From assembly GCA_963714275.1 (NCBI GenBank), contig CAVQNT010000004.1:1-64000 (forward strand): a stretch of 64,000 nucleotides of DNA. The letters are read 5' to 3'. This document shows, in pieces, positions 21,259 through 31,675 of the stretch. Every line of letters starts with the position of its first letter. The stretch's first letter is position 1. The stretch comes from Candidatus Bathyarchaeota archaeon. Its GTDB lineage: Archaea > Thermoproteota > Bathyarchaeia > Bathyarchaeales > DTEX01. The translations under genes and the position numbers were made by a program. The notes under the pieces were generated by a model that was not told the DNA's origin, did not search any database, and was given only the letters and a program-made list of their open reading frames with translations.

Positions 21259-22688
21259 ATGTCATCTGAAAGTTATGAATTCACAATCAAAGGTACTTTA
21301 AAGGAATTATTAACCTATAAATCAGGTATTTTTGGGATAGCCTTTTTGACCCTTCTTGTAACATTATCAGTTTACACTATCGTTGCATTACCGTATGACC
21401 AAACTATTAAATTATGGAGAGGTGAAGGCGGTGTTTGGCTTGAAACCCCTAGAACCGCCCAACCATATTGGGTTAACTATTTTGGCCAAAATCTTCCTGA
21501 AACTATAAAAAGAGACTCATCTCAGTCAGGACAATCTGGAATAGTAAAAATTGTTACACCAATTCCTCAGTCTGGATTAAAACTAGCCCGAATCTCATTC
21601 ACTTTTGACTTTTTATACGACAGCTTCCCAAGCGAAGTAAATATTTTCTTTTCAGCTAAATTTAACCAAAGTTCACCATTATTAAATATATATTGGGTAA
21701 AACCTAGTGGAAAAGAAATAAAACTCTTAACATACATCCCGAGAAGCCAAAACGACAAGTTATATCTTTCTATAAATTCTGAAGTTTCAAATGCACTTAA
21801 TATATATGTATATAGTGTCCTTGGAGGAGCTCCTGAAAGTCCTTTGCCTCCCGAATATTCATTATTTGCAGTTGAAGACACGTCAATGAATAGCACATTG
21901 ACAGCAAAACCTCTCAAGGGAACATATAAACTTTATATTGATGGCACACTATTTGGGGACGACTCCGATATAGATGCCAAGCTCATAGTATACGGCAAAG
22001 TCTATGGTTTAACAGGAACTGATAATCAAAGAAGAGACCTGACAATAGGATTATTATGGGGAATACCTATTGCCCTTGCCTTTGGTTTAACAGCTTCGTT
22101 CATGATTACCTTTCTCGAACTATTATTAGCCACCATAAGTGGGTATTATGGGGGGAAAATTGATTCAGTTATTCAAAGAATAACTGAGTTATATATGATA
22201 CTTCCTTTTCTTCCCATTTTAATTATGATATCAACATTTTATAAGTTGGATCTTGGGGTTCTTTTAGTCGTTGTAATAGTACTTAGTATTTTTGGAGGAG
22301 GAATAAAAAGCACCAGAGGCTCTTGTAATGCAAATTAAAGAATACCCATACATAGAAGCAGCAAAGGCTTATGGCGCCAGTTCAAAAAGAATAGTTTTCC
22401 TTTATATTATACCAAAAATCCTACCTCCAGTTATTCCTGCCCTAATAGGCGCTGTTCCTGCCTATGTTTTCCTTGAAGCTGCGCTTGCAATTCTTGGTCT
22501 TGGAATCCCAAATTTACCTTCATGGGGCAAAATCATAAATGACAGTCTTTAATGCTGGGGCTCTTTACAGAGGAAATTATTACTGGGTTCTTGAACCAGC
22601 ATTCATGTTAATTTTAACAGCTCTTGCTTTTTCTTTCATAGGATTTGCGTTAGACAAAATTGTGAATCCTAAACTTAGAGAGGTTTAG
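21259..22688 (+). CDS. OppC/DppC-type permease (two frameshifts)
   Basis: GTDNQRRD, YIEAAKAYGA, PSWG, ends NPKLREV*. Confidence 0.85.
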
Positions 22689-22698
22689 GCATCGGTGA

Positions 22699-23684
22699 AT
22701 GGCAGTGACAGAGAACATCCTTGAATGTAAAAATCTGGTTCTACACTACACGGCAAAGAAAGGAGTGGTAAAAGCAGTCAACGACATATCACTTAGTTTG
22801 CTTAAAGGCGAATCATTAGCATTGGTAGGCGAATCTGGATGTGGGAAGACTTCTCTTGCCAAGGCCATAATACGGTTGCTGCCAAGAAACATACAAAGTC
22901 TACACAGGCGAAATCCTGATTGCTGGACAAGACACGATGAAGCTTAATGAAAAACAATTCCGAGAAGAGATTAGATGGAAGAAAATCTCAATGATCTTCC
23001 AAGGGGCAATGAATTCTCTCAATCCCGTATTAAAAGTAGGATACCAAGTAGCAGAACCGCTAATGATTCATGAAAAGATGAAAAAAAATGAAGCGTTGGA
23101 AAAAGCCAAAGAAGGCTCTGTCGGTTGTTGGCATTCAGGAATCTTTTGTCGATAGATACCCGTTTGAACTCAGTGGCGGAATGAAACAGAGAGTAGTCAC
23201 TGCGATGGCACTTATCACTAACCCTCCGATAATAATTCTTGACGAACCAACTTCAGCTCTAGACGTCATAACACAAGCAAACATAATGAACTTATTAAAA
23301 AGTTTAAAAAAGGAAAAAGGGCTCAGCTACTTTTTCATCACCCACGATATAGCGCTTAGCAGCGAGCTCGCTGATAAAATCGCTGTCATGTACGCAGGTG
23401 AAATACAAGAATTTGCATCTGCAGAAACCTTTTATAAAAAAGCTGCGCATCCTTATTCGCAAAAATTAATGGCCAGTGTTCCAACTCTTAGGATAGATAA
23501 AAAACCAGAATTTATTCCGGGGGCTCCACCTAGCCTAATTAATCCGCCTTCTGGATGCAAATTCCATCCGAGGTGCCCGTCAGTCTTCGATAAATGCACA
23601 AAAGAAAATCCACCTACATTTGATCTTGGATCAGGGCACCTTGCCAAATGTTGGTGGTTCGAACAGTCTGAGGGAAAGAAATGA
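22699..23684 (+). CDS. OppD/DppD ATP-binding protein (two frameshifts)
   Basis: GESGCGKT, LSGGMKQR, GCKFHPRC. Confidence 0.9.
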
Positions 23685-24667
23685 CCAAAAACGAAGGGCT
23701 TCTAGAACTCGAGAACCTTAAAAAATATTTCGAGTTGAGAAAAGGGATTTTTGGAAACCCAGTTTTTGTTAAAGCAGTCGACGGCGTGGCTTTCTCGTTA
23801 GGAAAGGGAGAGGCGATATCGCTTGTTGGTGAATCAGGAAGCGGCAAAACAACACTCGGCAAGACCATATTAAGGCTGTACAAGCCTACTGAAGGAAAGA
23901 TCATATTCGAAGACAAAGATATCACGTACATTGAACAAAAAAGTCTGATGTGGTATCGCCGGGAAACATCGATAATCGAACAAGACCCATACGGAGCGCT
24001 CCCATCATTCTATTCTATTTATCGGATTTTGGAAGAACCGTTAATAATACATAAATTCGGAAACTCTGAGGAAAGACGTAAAAGGATACACGAGGTTCTA
24101 GAGGAGGTTAGGCTGACACCGATTGAGGATTTTGCCCCAAAGTATCCTCACATGCTTAGTGGAGGACAACTCCAAAGAGTCGCCATTGCCAGAGCTCTTA
24201 CACTTAAGCCTGAACTAGTTGTTGCCGATGAGCCTGTCTCAATGTTGGATGCATCAGTGAGAATCGAAATTCTGAATCTACTAAGCGAACTGCAAAAAAA
24301 CTTTGGAATCAGCTTCATTTACATTACACATGACTTAACGACCACGAAATATTTCTCTGAAAGACTGTTCATCATGTACGCTGGGAAAATCGTTGAATCG
24401 GGAAAAATGCTTGAAGTTATTCACAATCCGTTGCATCCTTACACTACAGCTCTTCTTAAGGCAATACCTGACCCTGATTCAGAGAATAGGAAGATTTTGA
24501 GAGACGTTCCACCAGGAGAACCGCCAAATCTAGTCAATCCTCCAACAGGATGCAAATTCCACCCAAGATGCCCATACAAAATGGACATTTGCTTAAAAGA
24601 AGAACCAGCATTGTTTGAACCAGAACATGAACACTTTACGCTGTGCTGGCTTCACGCAAAAAAATAA
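23681..24667 (+). CDS. OppF/DppF ATP-binding protein
   Basis: GESGSGKT, LSGGQLQR, GCKFHPRC. Confidence 0.92.
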   Translation: MTKNEGLLELENLKKYFELRKGIFGNPVFVKAVDGVAFSLGKGEAISLVGESGSGKTTLGKTILRLYKPTEGKIIFEDKDITYIEQKSLMWYRRETSIIEQDPYGALPSFYSIYRILEEPLIIHKFGNSEERRKRIHEVLEEVRLTPIEDFAPKYPHMLSGGQLQRVAIARALTLKPELVVADEPVSMLDASVRIEILNLLSELQKNFGISFIYITHDLTTTKYFSERLFIMYAGKIVESGKMLEVIHNPLHPYTTALLKAIPDPDSENRKILRDVPPGEPPNLVNPPTGCKFHPRCPYKMDICLKEEPALFEPEHEHFTLCWLHAKK

Positions 24668-24813
24668 AGGCTTCATCCAAAAATTAGGAAGAGTATCAAT
24701 AAATTGCATTCTGAAGAAGAGGTCTTTTCTCGCTAGTCAGCTAGCTATTGAGCATTTTATGTGGGGAAGTGCATTTATATAGACTTTTTTTAATATCATG
24801 TGGGAGACCAGCC

Positions 24814-25044
24814 ATGTCGTTTAAGGATGTGTTGATGAGTAAACAGGCTAACACCATTGTTCAGAACAAGAATGAGATTCACGATCTTAAAATATTGCTG
24901 GATGACCTAAACGCATTAGCAAGAGAGCACAACATACAGGGCGCAGCAAAAACCTATAAAATATTATTTAACTGCGTAGAACTTTATTTCCATGTACTAA
25001 ACGAAGGTCTGACTGAGGAAGAAAAGAAATCCAAAAACAGATAA
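24814..25044 (+). CDS. Small hypothetical helical protein
   Basis: ATG 24814 after GGGAG; upstream of the GT2 gene. Confidence 0.5.
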   Translation: MSFKDVLMSKQANTIVQNKNEIHDLKILLDDLNALAREHNIQGAAKTYKILFNCVELYFHVLNEGLTEEEKKSKNR

Positions 25045-25075
25045 TTAAGGCAACCTGTGAAAGCTGAGATACACA

Positions 25076-26188
25076 ATGTCCTCCCGATTCAGCATACTAA
25101 TCCCGGTCTACAGAGAGTCAGAGTTTCTTGAACCATTACTTGTTAACATCGTTGCGGACCCGTACGAGAACAAGGAAATCATCGTCGTGGTGGATGAACC
25201 GACAGAAAAAAGCCTTAGCTTAGCAGGTAAATACACGAATAAGGTTCGTTTTATTTGGAACGGGGAGAGAAAGGGCAAAGTCAACGTGCTGAACGAGGTG
25301 GTTGAGCAGTCAACCGGCGACATTCTGTTTTTTCTCGATTCTGACATCAGCCTAGACACCAACATTAAGAACATGCTTGAGACAATCAATCTGGAGATCG
25401 AGGATGCTGAGATAGTTGAGGTGAAGAAGGACGTAATACGAGACTCCTTTCTCGCAAGAATCGTAAGTGACGATTATATTGGCTTCAACTTCACAAACTG
25501 GTTCTTCTCTCATAAACTCAACAGATGTGTAGGCTTAAATGGCGCAGCCTTCGCCATAAAACGAGAAACCTTCATTACATTAGGCGGATTCAGAAATGTA
25601 ATCATGGAAGACCTAGACATCGGCACAAGGTCATTCATTAAAGGAATCCGATACAGGTTCATAAACAATATACATATTTACACTAAGGCACCCTCATCAT
25701 GGAACAACTGGTTTATACAAAGAAAAAGGTGGGCACTTGGAAGCGCGTTGTGGTTCAAGGAATATTTCAGAGATTTCGTGAGAATCGCTAAGGCTCATCC
25801 TGGCGTCTTGTTGCCTGCTTTGCTTTTTGTTTTTCCTTGTCTGCCCTTCTTTTTGGTGACGCTTGTTATGCCGGACGAAATTTTGGTTAAAGCAACGTAT
25901 TTTTTGCTTCTGCTTCTTTCGACACAGACAACCTTGCTAATAACGCCGGCTGCCTTTACATCTACATCATTAGCCTTTTTTAGAAACCTTTTATTGATGA
26001 TAGGAAGTATTGGCGTCTGTTCCTCTTTTTTCTTTCTGCTTTCTAGAAAGATAGGTTCTTCTTTCAATCCTTTGGAGTTCATGCTCTTCTATCTATTCTA
26101 TTCTCCACTTTGGCTGCTATTAATCATCACGAATCTTTCTAAGGTCTGTCTTAAGCAGAAAACATCAAGCATCGACTGGAAAATCTAA
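25076..26188 (+). CDS. Glycosyltransferase family 2, processive type with C-terminal TMs
   Basis: LDSD, MEDLD and QRKRW (D,D,D,QxxRW) motifs. Confidence 0.88.
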   Translation: MSSRFSILIPVYRESEFLEPLLVNIVADPYENKEIIVVVDEPTEKSLSLAGKYTNKVRFIWNGERKGKVNVLNEVVEQSTGDILFFLDSDISLDTNIKNMLETINLEIEDAEIVEVKKDVIRDSFLARIVSDDYIGFNFTNWFFSHKLNRCVGLNGAAFAIKRETFITLGGFRNVIMEDLDIGTRSFIKGIRYRFINNIHIYTKAPSSWNNWFIQRKRWALGSALWFKEYFRDFVRIAKAHPGVLLPALLFVFPCLPFFLVTLVMPDEILVKATYFLLLLLSTQTTLLITPAAFTSTSLAFFRNLLLMIGSIGVCSSFFFLLSRKIGSSFNPLEFMLFYLFYSPLWLLLIITNLSKVCLKQKTSSIDWKI

Positions 26189-26460
26189 CCAACCGAAATA
26201 AATTATAATCGTAGAAAAGGCACAAGTCGTATAATTCGAAGGAATTGATAAGTTTTTTGTTCCACAACACTGTTATTTTTTCAAGAATAGAAGATAAACA
26301 CGGTTATTTCTTGGATATGTTAAATTAAAACCTCCAATAAGTATATTACCTATTCAGCACACAACCTAATTCGTCGTTAAGTCTCAACTGTTCACAAATA
26401 GTTTAAATGCGGGGAGGATAAAAATAACTTCAACTACTTAAAATACAAGAAGGATAAACA

Positions 26461-26762
26461 ATGAGTGCTCTGAGGAAAGAGGAAGATCAAGTTACCTCGA
26501 TCTGCTTATTACAACACTAATGGAGCACGAGAAAAACTTAGATGCCATAGTCGAAAAAATGGAAAAAATTTTAGAAGAACTCAAAACAATCCGTTCCGAA
26601 CCCAGCCCAAAACCCGAAAAAACAATCGACATGAAGTTGTCCACCTTAAAAGAAAAAGAAAAAAATGGGCTATCTGAACCGGACACTCTGGTTTACATGA
26701 AGATAAAGCTTGATCATGCAGCAGACGATAAAATAAGGATAATAGAAACCTTAAAAAATTAA
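26461..26762 (+). CDS. Hypothetical coiled-coil protein (frameshift near 26496)
   Basis: ATG 26461 frame joins DLLITTLMEHEKNLDAIV. Confidence 0.5.
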
Positions 26763-26881
26763 AACTCTAACTGAACCCACAGTTCATATGGTTTAATCAT
26801 CCTGATAATAAGTATTTGTAAAACTGATGGTTCATAAAGCTTATAAACAAATTTTTCCGATTAAGACTTCGGTGAAGAAAA

Positions 26882-27178
26882 ATGACTAGAAGGTCACAAA
26901 TGGAAATTTATGTCGATATTTTGAAAGCCGTGGCTGAAGGAAAAAAGAAACCGACACACATTATGTACCGTGCAAATCTTTCTTGGACCAGGCTGAGAAG
27001 ATACATTGACTTCCTCATAACTCAAGGTCTTCTTCAAGAAGGAATTAATGATGGTTCCAGTGTCTTCACGTTGACAATAAAAGGAAAAGATGTTATAGGA
27101 TACTTCAAGCGGATCGAAGGCGAACTATACACAAAGAATAAAGCCATCCCCTCTGAAGTTTACGTGCAATACAAATAA
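26882..27178 (+). CDS. Small archaeal wHTH regulator (HTH_45-like), paralog of 15980-16249
   Basis: RRSQMEIYVDIL...KPTHIMYRANLSW. Confidence 0.85.
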   Translation: MTRRSQMEIYVDILKAVAEGKKKPTHIMYRANLSWTRLRRYIDFLITQGLLQEGINDGSSVFTLTIKGKDVIGYFKRIEGELYTKNKAIPSEVYVQYK

Positions 27179-27414
27179 TGTGCTAATTGGGTAACAGGTC
27201 CACTAATTTCACCAGTGCCTGCATTTTCTTCTCAGAAAGTAATTATTTCGTATTAGTAAAGATCAGGGTATGTTCTAGTGCTAGTTAGCTTTGCATTGGG
27301 TTAAATGATGAGAGAATGTCTTTAAATTCAATCAAGAAATGCTAATATGAATGTATATGTTTCATGTACCGTTAGCAGCAGGCATTTTCAATTATCACCG
27401 TTACATATCGAGGA

Positions 27415-27948
27415 TTGGGACAGTTGAGAACTTATGATCTTGTGATTGGCGGCATTCAGGCCAGGTTAATAAAGTTGAGGGCTATTTTTGGTTTGCGTCC
27501 CAATTCAAATAAAATAACAGAAAATGTGTGGGTTGGAGGTTCAAACAGCCCTAAACTGATCGTGTCGCAGAATTTTAACGTTGTTCTTGACCTTCGAGAA
27601 ATTAATAATTTAAAATACCAGAATTTTCTTGAGAACCATGGTTTGAAATACATAAATATTAAGATTCCAGATCGTTATGGAGCTTCTCCTGAAGTTCTGT
27701 CACAGATTGTTGGGTTGATTGACGAAAAGGTCAGTAAAGGCAGAAAGGTTTTGGTGCACTGTAATTTAGGGCGGGGAAGGTCTACGCTTGTAGTTGCCGC
27801 GTATCTAGTAGGCCAAGGATTATCGCCTGAGGAGGCAATAATAAAAATCAAGGAAAAAAGAAACGTCACATACCTGAACGAAAGACAGATGCAGGCTTTA
27901 TCAGATTTTACGGACACACTTTCTTCATCGTTTAAAAGGAATTCGTAA
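27415..27948 (+). CDS. Dual-specificity/tyrosine protein phosphatase
   Basis: VLVHCNLGRGRS (HCX5R) P-loop. Confidence 0.88.
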   Translation: MGQLRTYDLVIGGIQARLIKLRAIFGLRPNSNKITENVWVGGSNSPKLIVSQNFNVVLDLREINNLKYQNFLENHGLKYINIKIPDRYGASPEVLSQIVGLIDEKVSKGRKVLVHCNLGRGRSTLVVAAYLVGQGLSPEEAIIKIKEKRNVTYLNERQMQALSDFTDTLSSSFKRNS

Positions 27949-28019
27949 CAGTTTGATTAGTGTCCAACGAGTCCAATATATATGTGTTTAACGGTCTTTT
28001 TCTGAGGAGAACTTGTTTC

Positions 28020-29003
28020 ATGAATACGAAGGAAGAAAGTATCGGAAGAAAGCATGTTCTGGTTACTGGCGGTGCTGGTTTTATTGGTAGCCACCTTGCA
28101 GACAAGTTGATGGAAAATAAAGCTCGTGTGCGAGTTTTCGACAATCTAAGTAGTGGCTGTCAAGAAAATGTTAGGCGGTGTCTTGACAATAGTGAATTTG
28201 AGTTTTTGAAGGGCGACCTTTTAAACAAGCAAGACACGAAAAGGGCAGTTGAAAATTGTGAGGTTGTTTTTCATCTTGCAGCCAATCCAGAGGTTAGACT
28301 GAGTCCAGTTTCACCGAATGTTCATTTCGAACAGAACATAGTGGCAACCAATAACCTGTTGGAGGCGGTTAGGAAATCTGGATCAGCTAAATCGTTTGTT
28401 TTCACTTCTTCCTCAACTGTTTATGGAGAGGCATCGCAGATTCCTACACCTGAAAATTATGCGCCATTGGAGCCAATTTCCGTTTATGGCGCATCAAAAA
28501 TGGCTTCGGAAGCCCTCATCATGGCTTATGCTCACACATACGGTTTCAACACAGTCATCTATAGGCTAGCTAACATCATAGGACCGAGAAGTAAACATGG
28601 CGTCATACATGATTTCATCGAAAAGCTACGCTTTAATCCCTATGAACTTGAGATTCTCGGAGATGGTACTCAAGCCAAATCCTACCTTTACGTTGACGAT
28701 TGCGTTGAAGCGATACTTTTTGGCTTCATGAAGTCGAGTCACCGTGTCGAAGCTTTTAATTTGGGTTCCGAGGATCAAATCAACGTGAATTCCATAGCAC
28801 AAATTGTCGTCGAAGAGATGGGCCTAAAAAATGTGACTTTCCGTTACACAGGAGGAGTCGATGGCGGAAGAGGATGGAAGGGCGACGTAAAACACATGCT
28901 TCTCGCAGTGGATAGGCTTAAAACTCTAGGTTGGAGACCCAAGTTGAGTAGCGTTGAAGCTGTGACGAAAACTGTGAAGGGCATGTTGAAGGAATTTATG
29001 TAG
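28020..29003 (+). CDS. NAD-dependent epimerase/dehydratase (UDP-glucose 4-epimerase-like)
   Basis: TGGAGFIG, SSSTVYG, YGASK. Confidence 0.9.
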   Translation: MNTKEESIGRKHVLVTGGAGFIGSHLADKLMENKARVRVFDNLSSGCQENVRRCLDNSEFEFLKGDLLNKQDTKRAVENCEVVFHLAANPEVRLSPVSPNVHFEQNIVATNNLLEAVRKSGSAKSFVFTSSSTVYGEASQIPTPENYAPLEPISVYGASKMASEALIMAYAHTYGFNTVIYRLANIIGPRSKHGVIHDFIEKLRFNPYELEILGDGTQAKSYLYVDDCVEAILFGFMKSSHRVEAFNLGSEDQINVNSIAQIVVEEMGLKNVTFRYTGGVDGGRGWKGDVKHMLLAVDRLKTLGWRPKLSSVEAVTKTVKGMLKEFM

Positions 29004-29130
29004 TTATTCAGATCTTTTTTCTTAAGAATATCTAATCGTGATAGTTGTTTAAGACGAATATAGTTAGAAACAGTATTCTCGGTTCATAAAAATTATACGA
29101 ATAGTAAATACAACGGTATAAAGGTTAAAA

Positions 29131-29559
29131 ATGAGTAGAAAATCTGTAGTGACCAAGGTCTTCATTACCTTAGTCATAGTTTCAGCTATTCTGTATAATT
29201 ATAGAGACTACATACTTGGTATTCTAACAGCGCGACCTGACTTCCAGTTGTCAGCAAGTTCAACTTTAATAAAAGTTGGTTACGTTGGAAGTTATAACAC
29301 GACTATCATTACTGTTAGGTCGATTAATGGTTTAGACTCAAATGTGAAGCTTGATGTTAAACCAGTTTTATTTATTTTGGGCATTAAGTTTACACTTGAT
29401 CCTTCGGAGGTTCATTTACCGGCTAATAAGGAAGTTACATGCGAGTTGAAAATCGAGGCGATATCCACAATAGCGCCGGGAAAATATTTAATCGACGTTT
29501 ATGGAATTTCGGGAAACATAACACGGACAGTCCGTATCACCGTAGAAATTTCGTATTAG
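29131..29559 (+). CDS. Membrane-anchored Ig-like domain protein
   Basis: N-terminal TM, PDF.LS, PG.Y.I.V.G.SG. Confidence 0.6.
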   Translation: MSRKSVVTKVFITLVIVSAILYNYRDYILGILTARPDFQLSASSTLIKVGYVGSYNTTIITVRSINGLDSNVKLDVKPVLFILGIKFTLDPSEVHLPANKEVTCELKIEAISTIAPGKYLIDVYGISGNITRTVRITVEISY

Positions 29560-29650
29560 TCCCATTCTTAGGGGAGGCTGCATACCCCTTTTAAGCACCT
29601 ATTTCTATTATGAAGTTGGGACTCATGGTAGATGTGATAGAGGTGTTAAT

Positions 29651-30268
29651 ATGACTGAAAAACCGATCGTTGAGGAAATCTGCAAGGTTCTAAAAAAGAC
29701 GAATGCATTAGATTTCGGAGCCTACAAGCTTTCCAGTGGCAAAATTACTCCTTACTACGTTGATCTCAGGGTTATTCCCAGCTTTCCAGACGCATTTAAG
29801 GCGGTTACAGACATCCTGACGAACACAGTGGAGAGGGTTTTAGACATAAACGGTTTCAACAGGATAGCGGGCATACCCATAGCTGGGACCCCTTTCGCTG
29901 CGTTGTTGGCTTTTCGGTTGAACAAGCCTCTCCTCTACACTCGGCAAAATCTTCAGCTCCGAGGTAGAGAACGCAGGATCGAGGGAGTCCTGTTGCCTGG
30001 CGACCGTGTTCTGTTGGTTGACGATCTCGTCACGACTGGTCAAAGTCTATTGAAGGCGGCTTCAGCCATCAGAACGGAGGGAGGGCTGGTTTCGGACGCT
30101 TTTGTTCTTCTGGACAGAGAAGAAGGAGGACATGAAAGGCTGGCTAAAAATGGCATCAACCTTCACAGCGTGTTGATGATGGGGGAAGCTGCGAGAATCC
30201 TTTACGAATTAAGCGTCATCGATGAAGAACAGTTGGACATAATTCTGAAACAGATAAAGAAAAGATAG
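29651..30268 (+). CDS. pyrE: Orotate phosphoribosyltransferase
   Basis: LSSGK.TPYYVDLR, VLLVDDLVTTG PRPP motif. Confidence 0.92.
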   Translation: MTEKPIVEEICKVLKKTNALDFGAYKLSSGKITPYYVDLRVIPSFPDAFKAVTDILTNTVERVLDINGFNRIAGIPIAGTPFAALLAFRLNKPLLYTRQNLQLRGRERRIEGVLLPGDRVLLVDDLVTTGQSLLKAASAIRTEGGLVSDAFVLLDREEGGHERLAKNGINLHSVLMMGEAARILYELSVIDEEQLDIILKQIKKR

Positions 30269-30297
30269 AAACTCATGTTCTGGGGCTGCCAGCATAT

Positions 30298-31606
30298 TTG
30301 ACGATGATCAAAGCCCAAGACAAACCCGTCCAACAGTCTAAGACTCAGAATAAGCTTATCGTGTTCGACGTTGAAGGCGTACTGATCCCCAAAGATCGGT
30401 TCATATTTTTCAAGGTTGCAGGAAAAAAGGGGCTACAGGTCTTTTTGACAGCGGCTTTATTTGGTTTAATGTATGAAATCGGCTTAATGTCACTGAAAAA
30501 GTCTCTAAAAAAAATTTATGGACTTCTCAAGGGCTTCAGGTTTGACCAGTTTATGTCTCTTTTTGAAGAAGTGCCACTGAAGCCTGGGGTTGAAGAAACA
30601 TTCAAAAAACTAAAGGAAGATGGGTATAGAATTGCCTTGATTAGCTCAGGAATTCCGAAAGTCGCACTGCAGAATCTTGGAAAAAGGTTAAGAGCAGATT
30701 ACGTTTCTGGCCTGGAAATGGGCGTTTCCGATGGGATAGTAACTGGTGAGATTTGGGGAGACGTTATCGAGCCTGAGGGAAAGGCTGCTGCTTTGAGGCG
30801 AATAATTGAAGATAATGGCTTGACGGCATATTATTGCATTGGCGTTGCGGACGACAGAAACAACCTTTCTATGCTTAGGCTATGCGACCTCAAGATAGGG
30901 TATAATCCTGATTTTTTATTGAGCCTTAAATCTGACTTCGCTACAAGGGGAGAGCTTTCATCAATCATCCCATTGGTCGAAGGTGAATATACGCAAACAT
31001 CAAGCCACTATTTGTCCCGCACCACGGATATTCGTGAAGCTATTCACATCAGCAGTTTTCTTATACCCTTTGTCTGCATGTATCTGCTTAACCGCTATGT
31101 TGTTGCTTTGTTAGTTCTTCTGATGGCAGCTGTATACTTGGTTTCCGAGGTTGAAAGGATGTTTGGGACGAACTTGCCATTGTTTACTAGCGTGACGATG
31201 CTTGCTTCACGAAAGTCGGAGTGTCAAGAGTTTGTGACTTCACCGTTATTCTTCGCTTTGGGGATAGCTCTTCCTCTTTTAGTTTTTCCTGAGCCCGCAT
31301 GTTACGTGTCTATAACAATTCTTACATTAGGAGACGGGTTTGCTTCGATTTTCGGGCAGAAATTTGGCAACATCCGGATTCCACTTAATAAGCTGAAAAT
31401 ATCTTGAAGGTACATTATCGGGGTTCCTTTTTGCTTTTTTTGGTTCCTTGTGGTTCGTTCACCCGTTTGTTGCGGTGATTGCGTCTGCTATAGGCATGTT
31501 TGTTGAGTCTTTACCGTTGCCGCTAAATGACAACTTGACGATTCCATTGGTTTCTGGGCTTGCTTTAGTTGTGTGTTCATTTTTATTTAGTTTAATAATG
31601 CTCTAA
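30298..31606 (+). CDS. HAD (SerB-like) domain fused to a CTP-dependent dolichol/phytol-kinase-like membrane domain (frameshift near 31396)
   Basis: FDVEGVL, ALISSG; REAIH, GDGFASIFG, K.LEG, NDNLTIP. Confidence 0.8.
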
Positions 31607-31675
31607 ATGTTTTGAGTAATCCCTTAAAAGGAAGAATTATATCTTTAGTATCGGCTTCGAGAGGATTTCCTGCCA

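Noticed and set aside
30281-30289. TGGGGCTGC as a second att site
   Set aside because: Only a 9-bp match to the tRNA 3' end, on the wrong side of the tRNA and among core genes.
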